From Emiliania huxleyi CCMP1516 (taxonomy: Eukaryota), in the NCBI RefSeq assembly GCF_000372725.1, contig NW_005201113.1, positions 301,121 to 321,120 on the forward strand: 20,000 nucleotides of DNA, in the 5' to 3' direction. Both the position numbers and the translations under genes were made by a program. Positions within the stretch are counted from its first letter, which is position 1; each line of letters begins with the position of its first letter. The notes below the pieces were generated by a model. That model searched no databases. It was not told the DNA's origin and saw only the letters and a list, made by a program, of their open reading frames with translations. Of this stretch, positions 1 through 9,216 are shown piece after piece.

Positions 1-482
1 TTCGAGCCCAGCTGGTGCAGTTCGTAGTCGCGTAGCGCGCGGGTGCGCGGCAGCCTCGGCAACCGAGGCGACAGTGGCGAGCAGGGGCGAGCAGGGGCGA
101 GCAGGGGTCAGAGCAGTGCGGCGCGCCGAATTTTTTTCGATGGGCTCGGTCAGTGGGCGTGTCAGGAGGCGGCCGGCCGGGGGAAACTCGGCAGTAAAAC
201 TCCCGCGCCGGCCCAGGAGGTGGGAGTGTCACGGAGGCGGCCATTGGCGCGCGCTCCTTCTCTTCGTGGGTCCGAGTTTTCCAAAGTTCAATTTTGATTA
301 GTCATCCACTTTTTGTGAAATTTGGACATTTCTCACACGTTGTGTGCTAGGAAAGCTGGCTGCCGCCCAAGGCATGGCCGTCAAGCGGAGATAAGGCGCG
401 GAGATGCGGCGGTGAGTGCGGCGGCGAAACTGCGTGGAGAACCACGGCGCACCTGGCAGGGCGTCCTAGTGACGCACCCGCC

Positions 483-2167
483 TCACGCGCCGCCTCCGCC
501 GCCGCCGTCGCCGCCGCCGCCGGGCCCTTTGTCACCGTCCGACTCCGGGGCGATGGAGGAGGTGAGGCCCCACCTGTCGGCGGAGCGGCGGCGTGTCAAG
601 GGGCGCGAGAAGGCTTTTGCTCGCCCTCCGTGCGACCGCCCGTGTGCCGCATGTCTGACTGTCGCTGTCCGGTCGCGCGATGACGGTCCCGGGGCTGTGC
701 TGTTGTGTGAAGGGGGCGCGGGCGAGGAGGCGCCTCGACTGCACCTCGACTGCATCTCGGCTGTACCTCGGCTCTGTCCCTCGACTGTACCTCGGCTGTG
801 TGCCTCGCCTGTGTGCCTCGGCTGTACCTGTATCTCGACTGTACCGCAGCTGTGCCTCGGCTGTACCTCGGCTGTACCTCGGCGGCATCTCGGCGGCATC
901 TCGGCGCATCTCGGCGACGTCTCACTTTTGCAGCTCCATGCAGTACTTCTTGGCTTGCTGCTTCCAGGTGATGGTGACGGTCGCAGAGCCCATCGTATGC
1001 ACCTACAGGAGATGATAACGGGGGCGATATCAGGGACGTGTCGGGACGATGTCGTCGGGACGATGTCGGGTCGGGGACGTGTCAAAGCGGCGTCGTGGAC
1101 GTGTCAGAGCGGTGTCAGGGACGTGTCGGGACGATGTCGTCGGGACGATGTCGGGTCGGGGACGTGTCAAAGCGGCGTCGTGGACGTGTCAGAGCGGTGT
1201 CGGGGACGTGTCGGGACGATGTCGGGTCGGAGACGTGTCAGAGCGGTGTCGGAGACGTGTCAGAGCGGTGTCGGGGACGTGTCAAAGCGGTGTCGGGGAC
1301 GCGTCAGAGCGGTGTCGGGGACGATGCCAGGGCGATGCCCCAGGGACGCGTCGGGGACGCGTCGGTGTGAGGTGTCTGGGGACTGGATCGAAGAGCCGGG
1401 TAGGCTCTGCGAAAGGGCCCTCTCGTACCGCTGGGTGTCTTGCGAGTCTGCGTGTCTGTCTCGCGTCCACCCATACCGCGTTGGTGTCCAGTCCGAGCCT
1501 CTGACTGTTCTTCGCCCCTCCATCTGTCTATCGCACCGTGGTTGTGATGCGGTGGGCCTTCTTCCGCGTGACCGTCTTGACGACCGAGACGATCGCGTAG
1601 ATGACGTAGTCCCACGTGTGCACCTGCGCCGCACGCGCGTGCGTTGGGCGAGGCAACTCTGGCGGCGGCGGCGGCGGCGGCGGCGCGGCGCAGGCCGAGC
1701 GGCGCTGTCGTGTCGGATGGGGTGCGCTTTGCGGCTGGGAAGGCCGCCGATCGGTGGCACCAGCGGCCGAGGCGAGGGCCAGCGGTAGGGGAGGTGCGGC
1801 GGCGGCGAGCAGCAGAGTGCGGGGAGCCTTGCGGCGGCTGGCGCACGTCATCGTTGTGTATCAGCAGCCGCCACATCGGCTCGTTTGCAATCTCCTCCTT
1901 GCTCATCTGCTTGGGCTCGGCCTTGGGCCGCTCCACCACCGCCGCGCCGCCCTTCTTCGCCTTCTTCTCCCGCTCCAGCCCCTCCTGCATCCACACGCCA
2001 CCCGCCGCAGCCGCTGCAGCCGCGCCAATCGCACCGCGCGGCCGAGCTGCGGCCGCCGCAAACCGCGGCTGCAGCAGCGGCCCCCGCGCAGGCTGCGGCC
2101 GCAGCGCTGTTCTCGCGGGGTGCAGCGTCAGCGCCGGCGCTACCAAGAGAGCCGCCAGCAGGGACAT
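483..2167 (-). CDS. clpS: ATP-dependent Clp protease adaptor ClpS, probably plastid-targeted, 4 exons (2167-1847, 1623-1537, 1002-926, 573-483), ~191 aa
   Basis: Three GT-AG introns splice in frame to give ...MWRLLIHNDD|VHTWDYVIYAIVSVV...KKAHRITTT|VHTMGSATV...MELQK|WGLTSSIAPE. This matches the ClpS core (NDD, VHxxG, GLxxxI). The N-terminal hydrophobic signal plus an Ala/Arg-rich transit-like region looks like a bipartite plastid presequence. Confidence 0.9.
732..916. repeat. ~11 bp tandem satellite (CTCGGCTGTAC variants) in clpS intron 3
   Basis: Repeated ctcggctgtac / ctcgactgtac / catctcggcgg units are visible directly. Confidence 0.9.
1030..1366. repeat. Compound minisatellite (GTCGGGGACGT / GTCAGAGCGGT / GTCGGGACGAT units) in clpS intron 2
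   Basis: ~11 bp units arranged in higher-order repeats; they produce several spurious repetitive ORFs. Confidence 0.9.
1455..1509 (-). repeat. Dispersed ~50 bp repeat, copy 1 (other copy 12785-12837, opposite orientation)
   Basis: Reverse complement aacagtca(ga)ggctcggactggacaccaacgcggtatgggtggacgcg matches 12785-12830 apart from a 2 bp indel. Confidence 0.85.
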
Positions 2168-2262
2168 GATCGCGGCGCGGCGACAAGGGTGGTGAGCGGA
2201 GAGCAGCGGCGAGCTCAGAAGCGCCACCAAAAGAATTCACCGGTGCTTTCTTTCTTTTTTTC

Positions 2263-2287
2263 TGAGAGCGCCTTCGTTGTTAATAGT
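2263..2287 (+). repeat. Uninterrupted copy of the 25 bp sequence into which the TTAA transposon is inserted at 14653
   Basis: tgagagcgccttcgttgttaatagt equals 14636-14656 joined to 16866-16869. Confidence 0.8.
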
Positions 2288-2866
2288 ACAAACCCAATGG
2301 TCCTCTGCGAGCGGTCCTTCGTTGCAGTCGCACACACGCACACGCCACACCGCACCGCGCGCCCGCCCACCGCCCCGCCCAGGCGGGAAAGAGATGAGGA
2401 GATGGGACAGCAAAGGAGGAGTACGAGCACGTATGGGAGGGTTCAGTAATGCGCCACGCTGCCCGGCGTTTCTCACTTTCCGGGACAGCCCCGCCCTTTT
2501 GAGGCGGGAGAGTGACGGCTACCCCGTACGCGCCTGTTGCTCTACCCCGACGCCGACCGCCCATTCCCCCCTCCTCGTTCCCGCCTCGAACTCTCCGGAC
2601 CCCGACAAGCCGCTCGCCGTTATGGGCCTCTGCCCCGCACGCTCCCGCCCCTTTTGCCCCTCACACACACACCCAGGCCCGACATGCACATACAAGACAA
2701 ACCCGGCGTCCTGCTCTCAAAAGAAAAGAAAAAATGGGAAGGAGGAGACCAGCGGGGGAGACTCCTTTCTTAGCTTGGGTGCGTTTTATTTATAGCCCCC
2801 GCTACCCAGTTGCACTCGTGCGACGTAGCGGGGGGCCACGACTACGTTTACGAAAACAGAAGTTAG

Positions 2867-2972
2867 AGAGAGAGATTTTTAGCAATACCTTAAAGAGAGG
2901 TTACAGGCGTGTAAGGTCCGTTAGCGCAATACCAAACAACTCTAACACTCACACGTCATTTGGGGCCTGGAG
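2867..2972 (-). mobile_element. Short 5'-truncated copy (3' end only) of the CRE-like retrotransposon
   Basis: Same 3' UTR and (TC)n tail as 3041-3108; flanked by agttag (2861-2866 / 2971-2976); carries a ~35 bp internal insert bounded by repeated gcaatacc. Confidence 0.7.
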
Positions 2973-3121
2973 TTAGTCGCGAGGCGGGAAATCTGCTCCG
3001 AGTAGCCCCCTGTTGCTTTTCAACACAGAGCCGTTTTTTCGAGAGAGAGATTTTTAGCAATACAATACCAAACAACTCTAACACTCACACGTCATTTGGG
3101 GCCTGGAGGCTGGAGCCCTGT

Positions 3122-3762
3122 TCACGCGCGCGCGAGACGTGCAGACAGGGTTGCCAGGTGAGAGCGAATGGCGCGGTTCACGCCTCGCACAACAGAGAGA
3201 GAGATGCGCTCTGCATGGTGGGACATAAAAGAAAGCGAGTACGTGGGCGAGTAGGCCGTGCGGTCGACGCTGCCGCGCGCGACTTTGCGCGCGGAGAGAG
3301 AGATTTTTAGCAATACCAAACAACTCTAACACTCACACGTGTTTTTGTTTGTTGCGCGCGAGGCGGCGCAGCTTGAGAACGGCGGTGGGCGAGAAGCCGC
3401 CGCCGAAAATCTCGTGGAGCAGCAGGTTGAAGTTGTTGCGCTTGACAAAGATCGCGTCGTGGTAGAAACCGCGATGCGCCTTCGTGACGTAGCCGTGGCC
3501 GTTCTTGTGGTCGAAGGGTTGGCCGGGCTGCCCGCGCGCCTTGCAGCCCATGTTTAGGCGGCGGGCCTTCTCCTCGGTGTTGCCGAAGGCGTAGGAGTGG
3601 CCAACGGAGGCGGGCGTGCCGCCGCTCGAGGCGTTGCCAACGCCCGCCGAGGAGGTCTTGAGGAGGGGCGTCCAGAGCTTGACTTCATTCACCTCATCGC
3701 ATCCTCCCGGGCCAGCGTGGGGTTCCGCGAGGTCGACCTTGTACCCCTCGTTGTACTGCCGG
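3122..3762 (-). pseudogene. C-terminal RLE (PD-(D/E)xK) domain remnant of the retrotransposon ORF, frameshifted by a nested insertion
   Basis: ORFs 3333..3797(-) and 3122..3319(-) join seamlessly at LAR|KV when 67 bp (insert plus one TSD) are removed. Confidence 0.75.
3294..3351 (-). mobile_element. 58 bp nested copy of the same element's 3' end
   Basis: Perfect 9 bp direct repeats ttgcgcgcg at 3285-3293 and 3352-3360; body matches the 3' terminus at 3041-3092. Confidence 0.85.
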
Positions 3763-4114
3763 TTTTGTTTTTTTGGTTTTGTTTTTTTTCGTGGCAAAAA
3801 TCGTCACACAAAAGTCGGCGCCTCGAAGGGTGAAGCGGGTTAGCCTCTTCCCACCCAGGTTTCGCGACTCTGCGTGGCCGACTCACACAGCGAGCCTTCC
3901 TGTCTCCCTGCTGCCGATTCATCGGTTGTGCTCAGTCAAGATATTGTAGAGTAACAAGTCTCTGTGCGTTTACGTGAACAAGTCTCTGTTGCGTGACTCT
4001 GTGCGATTTCGGGCCCGGGGTTGCGCGTTTACGTGAACAGCAAGTCTCACCGAGAGGAAGCGCCGGAGTCCGGTTCGCGGCGCTGGAGTTGGCCGCCGCT
4101 CTGTGTGTCACGCG

Positions 4115-4748
4115 ATGAGCGCAGCCGAGGCCCTCGCCCCGGCCAAGCAGGCGATCAAGCAGCAGGCGTTTTATATGAAGAAGGCGCGCAATCCCCGCAG
4201 ATATACGAGCGACACACGCCCCAGCAGCACCGCACATCGCCCGCCTGCCGCCAGCCTCGGCACGCCGTCGCCGCGCCGCCCGCTCGTGTGATCGTCCCCG
4301 CCGCGCTCCAACGCCTCGCAGGCGCTCGACCAGCGCCACCTCCGCACTGCCCTCCACCATGCCGCGACGATGATCGGCGAGCTCCGCACGTCGGCGCTCG
4401 GGCCAAAGGCGTACTACGAGGTGTACATCGACGTGACGACGGAGCTGCGGCACCTGGAGGAGTTCTTCGAGGCGGAGCACGAGCGCGGCCGCCCCATGGT
4501 CGAGCTGTACGAGCTCGTCCAGCACGCGGGCAACGTGCTCCCGCGCTTGTACCTGCTGCTGGCGGTCGGCCGCGTCTTTCTTCAGTCCAAGGAGGCGGCC
4601 GCGAAGGTCGTCCTCGAGGACCTGGTCGAGCACTGCAAGGGGGTGCAGCAGCCGCTGCGCGGCCTCTTCCTGCGCAACTACCTGCTGCAGTGCACGCGCG
4701 AGCGGCTGCCAGACACGGGGTCTGACTACACAGACACAAACACAGACA

Positions 4749-4816
<68 letters not shown>

Positions 4817-7800
4817 TGCTCTCTCAGGTCGGACTACGAGGGCGAGGGAGGGACCGTCTCGGACGCAATCAAGATCGTCCTCGCCAACTTCGGCGAGATG
4901 GCAAAGCTCTGGGTGCGTCTCCCCACCTCTCTCCCCACCTCTCTCCCCACCTCTCTCCCCACCTCTCTCTCCACCTCTCTCCCCACCTCTCTCCCCACCT
5001 CTCTCCCCACCTCTCTCCCCACCTCTCTCCCCACCTCTCTCCCCACCTCTCTCTCCACCTCTCTCCCCACCTCTCTCCCCACCTCTCTCCCCACCTCTCT
5101 CCCCACCTCTCTCTTCCACAGGTGCGGATGCAGCACCAGGGGCCGGCGGCGAACAAGGAGCAGCGCGAGAAGGAGCGCGCCGTGTCAAGGGTGGTGCTGC
5201 AGCTGTGGACGGCGTCTCTTCACGGCTGCGGCTGTGAGCAGGAGCGCGCCGAGCTCAAGGTGGTCGTCGGCGGCAACTTGCACCGCCTGGCCTCGCTGGA
5301 GGGGGTGACGCTGCAGGTGTGTGAAGTAGACCTCGGGGCGGGGGCATGCGGCGCAGCACACAAACGGCGATAGACTGGCGCAATCCATGCCGGGGCGCAC
5401 GCGGCGGCAAACGGTCTCTGCCGACACCGCGTATGGGCAAGACATCAGATCGCAAGCGCAAGGCGCGAGAGTAGAGGCCGGCGCCGCCGCCGGCTGCGCA
5501 GGTGTACACCGCAGAGGTGGTGCAGCCGCTGCTCGAGCTGATCGTGTCGTGCAAGGACGGGCTGGCGCAGGAGTACCTCCTCGAGTGCGTCTGCCAGGTC
5601 TTCCCGGTCGCGTACCACACCGCCACGCTCCCCACCCTCCTCCGCTTCCTCTCCTGGCTGTCCGCTGCCGCCGACGAGTCGGCACCCAAGATGTAGCCGA
5701 GAGATAGCCGAGAGATAGCCGACGCACACACGCACACACACTCACACACACACTCTCTCTCTCACACACACACACACACACGCACACGCACACACGCACA
5801 CACACACACACACACGCCGCCGCCGCCGCCTTCGCCGCCGCCGCCGCCGCCTTCGCCGCCGCCGCCGCCGCCGCCTTCGCCGCCGCCGCCTTCCTCTCGT
5901 ATTCGGCCATCCTCTGTGCTATATCTCGGCTGTATCTCGGCGAAGCCTCGGCAGGCGATCCTCTCGCACCTGATCAGCCGCCTCTGCGCGCTCGAGCCTG
6001 CCGACGGCGAAACAGAGGCGCGCGACGTCTTCACGCCCGTCGCCGACCACGTCGAGCGGCGCTGCGCCTCGCTGCGGCTGCTGCCGTCGCTCGCCCTCGC
6101 CCTCGCCCTCGCGCGGCTCGCGCTGGAGGCGAGATGCGCCCAGGCTGCCCGAGATGCGCCCGGAGATTGCACGAGATCGAGACTCATCAAGCCGAGGCCC
6201 GAGCGCCTCCGATCTCGGGCGACCTCGGCCGATCTCGGCCGATCTCGTGTGATAGGCGTACGAGGCGCACACCGAGTACCTCGAGCGCGCGCTCTCCCTC
6301 GCGAGCACGCGGCTCGAGTCGCTCGGCGTCGTGACCGAGAAGCGGGCGGTGGCGGTGGTGCAGGACTTGCTCTCGCTGCCGCTGAAGCGCAAGGGCGGCG
6401 ACGTGCTGTACGTGCTCGAGCTGACCGAGTGGCCGAGGCTGGCGGCCCTAGAAGCGGAGTACGTGTTCATGTCCCCCAACCAGCGCCCGAGAGGACACGT
6501 GTTAAGCCGTACTCGGCCGCACTCCGCTGTATTCACTGTCCTCGCCTCCGTTGTACTCACGCGGTGCTCTGAAGACGACTCTGCACGATACCGTCCTCCC
6601 GCCCTGATGTCGGCGTCTTCAGCACGTAGGCTCGTGACGCTCGGCGCTCCACATCTCCCCACATCTCCCCATATCTCCCCATATCTCCCCACATCTCCCC
6701 ACATCTCCCCACATCTCCCCACATCTCCCCACATCTCCCCACATCTCCCCACATCTCCCCATATCTCCCCATATCTCCCCATATCTCCCCATATCTCCCA
6801 CGTAGGCTCGTGTCGCGGCTCGAGCCCGACGAGCAGCGCCGAGTGGTGTCGCGCCTGCTGCGGGAGGTTGCGGGCCGCGGCTGCGTCATCTCGGACTCGC
6901 TTCGCGCAGACCGGCTGCTCGTGCTGTGCGCGCCGCTGCTCCAAGGGGACTCGTCGCCCGCCGCGCCGGCCAATGGCGCCGAGACGGCAAACGGCGCCTC
7001 TGACCGCTCGGATGCCGACGGCGAGATGTCGCCGAGAGCGCTCCGAGAGCCCGCCGGAGATGCGCGCCGAGATGCCGCCGCGATGTCGCCGCGATGCCGC
7101 CGCGATGTCGCCGCGATGCGGCCGAGAGCCCAACCGTGGCCCAAGAGCGAGTCCGCATCGGCTCATGAGCATCGGCTAGGCTTGGACGTTTCCTAGACAC
7201 TTCCTAGACACTTCCTAGACACTTCCTAGCATCGGCTAGGCTTGGACGCGGAGCTCGCCGACGAGATGGCGCCGGTGGCCGCCATGATGCACGCGCTCGC
7301 GCACGAGGACACCGACGCTGAGGCGCGCGTGCTCAACGCGGCGTACAAGCACGCCGCCGCCGCCGCGCCGGGTCGGCTGCCCCACGTGCTCGTGCCGCTC
7401 CTCTTCCGCTTCCTGCAGGAGCCCACCCCACCCTCACCCACCCCGCCCCACCCCACCCCACATCACCCCACCCCACCCCACCCCACATCACCCCACCCAC
7501 CCCGCGGCCCGGCTGATGAGGCGAGGAGCCACCCCTCCCGCCCCACCCGCCCACCGCCCCACCCGCCCACCGCCCCACCCGCCCACCGCCCACCACGCCG
7601 CCGTCCTGCGACCAGCTGGCGCGCCGCGTGCGGCTGGCCGAGGAGGGCGGGGCCACGCTCGAGGTGTCGTGCGGCAAGCTGCTCGCCTTTGTCGGCCAGA
7701 TCGTCCAGGCGGTGACCGCCGCCGCGCCCAACCTCGCGCTGCGCCTGTACGTGCAGTGCGCGCAGGTGGCGGACAGCTGCGGCGACGACGACGGCGCGTA

Positions 7801-8525
7801 TGAGTACCTCACGCAGGCCTTCACGCTCTTCGAGGAGGAGGTGGCCGAGCAGAGCGCCAAGCTGGCGGCACTCTCCCTCCTCTCGGCCGCGCTGCCGCAC
7901 ATGACGTCCTTCTCCTCCGAGCAGTACGAGACGCTCGCGCGCTCCGCCACGCAGTACGGCGCCACGCTGCTCAAGAAGCCCGACCAGGAACAGCGCCGCC
8001 GCAAAGCACAGACCCGGCGCAGCCGTGAACGGCGCCTCTTCACGGATGACGCCGCAAGTAGGCGCGCGCCGTCGCGAAGGCGTCCTTTGCCTTTTGGCCG
8101 CTCGCGGGGCTCTCGCCCCACCGCAACGCGCAGCGCGCGCTCGAGTGCCTGCAGGTGATATCTGCCCATATCTCCCCATGTCTCCCCATATCTCCCTGCG
8201 TCACTCGTGTCCTGAGTGCCTGCAGCGCGCGCTCAAGATCGCCGACGGCTGCAAGCGGTCGGGGATGCACGCCCCGCTCTTCGTCGAGATCCTAGACGCG
8301 TACTTGTGGCACTACGAGCAGGGCAACGACCTCGTCACACTGGCGTACATCTCGTCGCTGATGCAGCTCATCGACCAGCACGTCGCCGAGTGGCGCAGCG
8401 ACTGGCAGGCCGCCTCGGACGCGCCGGGCGCGCCGGCCCATGTCGTGCGCTACGTCGCCACGAGGAGGCACATCAGCGCCAAGGTGCGCGGAGGGTCGCA
8501 AAAGTACGAAGGGCTGCAGCTCTGA
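4115..8525 (+). CDS. VPS35: Vacuolar protein sorting-associated protein 35 (retromer), 13 exons: 4115-4183, 4322-4719, 4828-4912, 5122-5172, 5242-5316, 5502-5681, 5955-6128, 6256-6437, 6806-7020, 7240-7418, 7616-7987, 8062-8154, 8226-8525; ~790 aa
   Basis: Hallmark motifs [65 protein letters not shown]. The exons sum to 2373 nt in a single frame. Some exon boundaries use GC or GA donors inferred from homology. Confidence 0.93.
4727..4814. repeat. (CA)n microsatellite, VPS35 intron 2
   Basis: Direct observation. Confidence 0.95.
4918..5114. repeat. 12 bp tandem repeat (CTCTCCCCACCT)n, VPS35 intron 3
   Basis: About 16 near-perfect units. Confidence 0.95.
5695..5893. repeat. Compound satellite (AGCCGAGAGAT)n, (CA)n, (GCC)n in VPS35 intron 6
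   Basis: Direct observation. Confidence 0.9.
6649..6800. repeat. 10 bp tandem repeat (A[C/T]ATCTCCCC)n, VPS35 intron 8
   Basis: About 15 units; the same motif recurs at 8157-8196 and, reversed, at 19141-19179. Confidence 0.95.
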
Positions 8526-8987
8526 GTCGCGGTGCTGGTCTATGCCGTCACACCGCCACGGCTAGTGTGGCGTCGACTGCGAGCGCTCGGCGCGCCGAGT
8601 CGGCCCTAGAGGGTGGCACGAGGCGCGGCTCCGTTGCCCGAACGCACACATACAGGCCGTCGGCACTGCGGGAGGGTGCTGCCCAGGAGATGCGCTCGCT
8701 TTCGCGCAAGGGTGAGGCAAAGATGCACACGTGTCTTATATCGGTGTTTAAATATATCGGCGCTGGCGAAACGGGCCAGATCACACACACACGCTTCTAC
8801 GGCTGAAGAGAAGCGATTTTCAGTTTACGGCAATTTACGCCGCAAACCGGAGACACATCCCCGTCATCCCCACAAGCCACATTCCTCGAGACAAAAAACG
8901 ATTCCACACAAAGAACAACGTCACACCAACAGTGTCAGCTTCCTTTATCCTTTCCGCTTTCGCGCTTGGTCGAAATGGCAATATTGC

Positions 8988-9165
8988 TTATTGGTCTACT
9001 CCTCCGCGCTCCGGTGTCCGGACCTCGCTCGCGCAATCGCGGGATCGGTGGGAAATCAAACAAGAAGTCGCACGCCGGGCGCCCGTTGTGAGCTCTCTTG
9101 TGGACGACGGGAGGGCTTGCGTTCTCGAGGTCTCTCGAGTGTTGGCGTGCACCTCGATCCAAGCG

Positions 9166-9216
<51 letters not shown>

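Larger units (their letters stand above)
3041..3783 (-). mobile_element. 5'-truncated non-LTR retrotransposon with restriction-like endonuclease (RLE; CRE-like clade)
   Basis: Minus-strand ORF remnant VDL...EVK...LLLHEIFGGGFSPTAVLKLRRLAR continues as KVARGSVDRTAY...SFMSHHAERISLSVVRG...* (stop 3122) once the nested insert is removed. A short 3' UTR ends in AAAAATCTCTCTC. Candidate TSD ttttttcg at 3034-3041 / 3784-3791. Clade assignment is from motif recognition only. Confidence 0.75.

Noticed and set aside
322..1788. 488 aa plus-strand ORF
   Set aside because: Antisense to clpS and built from stop-free intronic satellites.
2866..3340. CRISPR-like repeat-spacer array next to a nuclease-like ORF
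   Set aside because: Spacers are irregular, one spacer is the retrotransposon's own ORF tail, each repeat has a TSD, there are no cas genes, and the context is eukaryotic.
3932..7172. Long minus-strand ORFs (418, 241, 417 aa) with ERGG, VC and WGD repeats
   Set aside because: Antisense shadows of VPS35 exons and translated microsatellites.
4370..8525. VPS35 as a frameshifted pseudogene or several separate genes
   Set aside because: All fragments splice into one full-length ~790 aa frame with conserved motifs intact.
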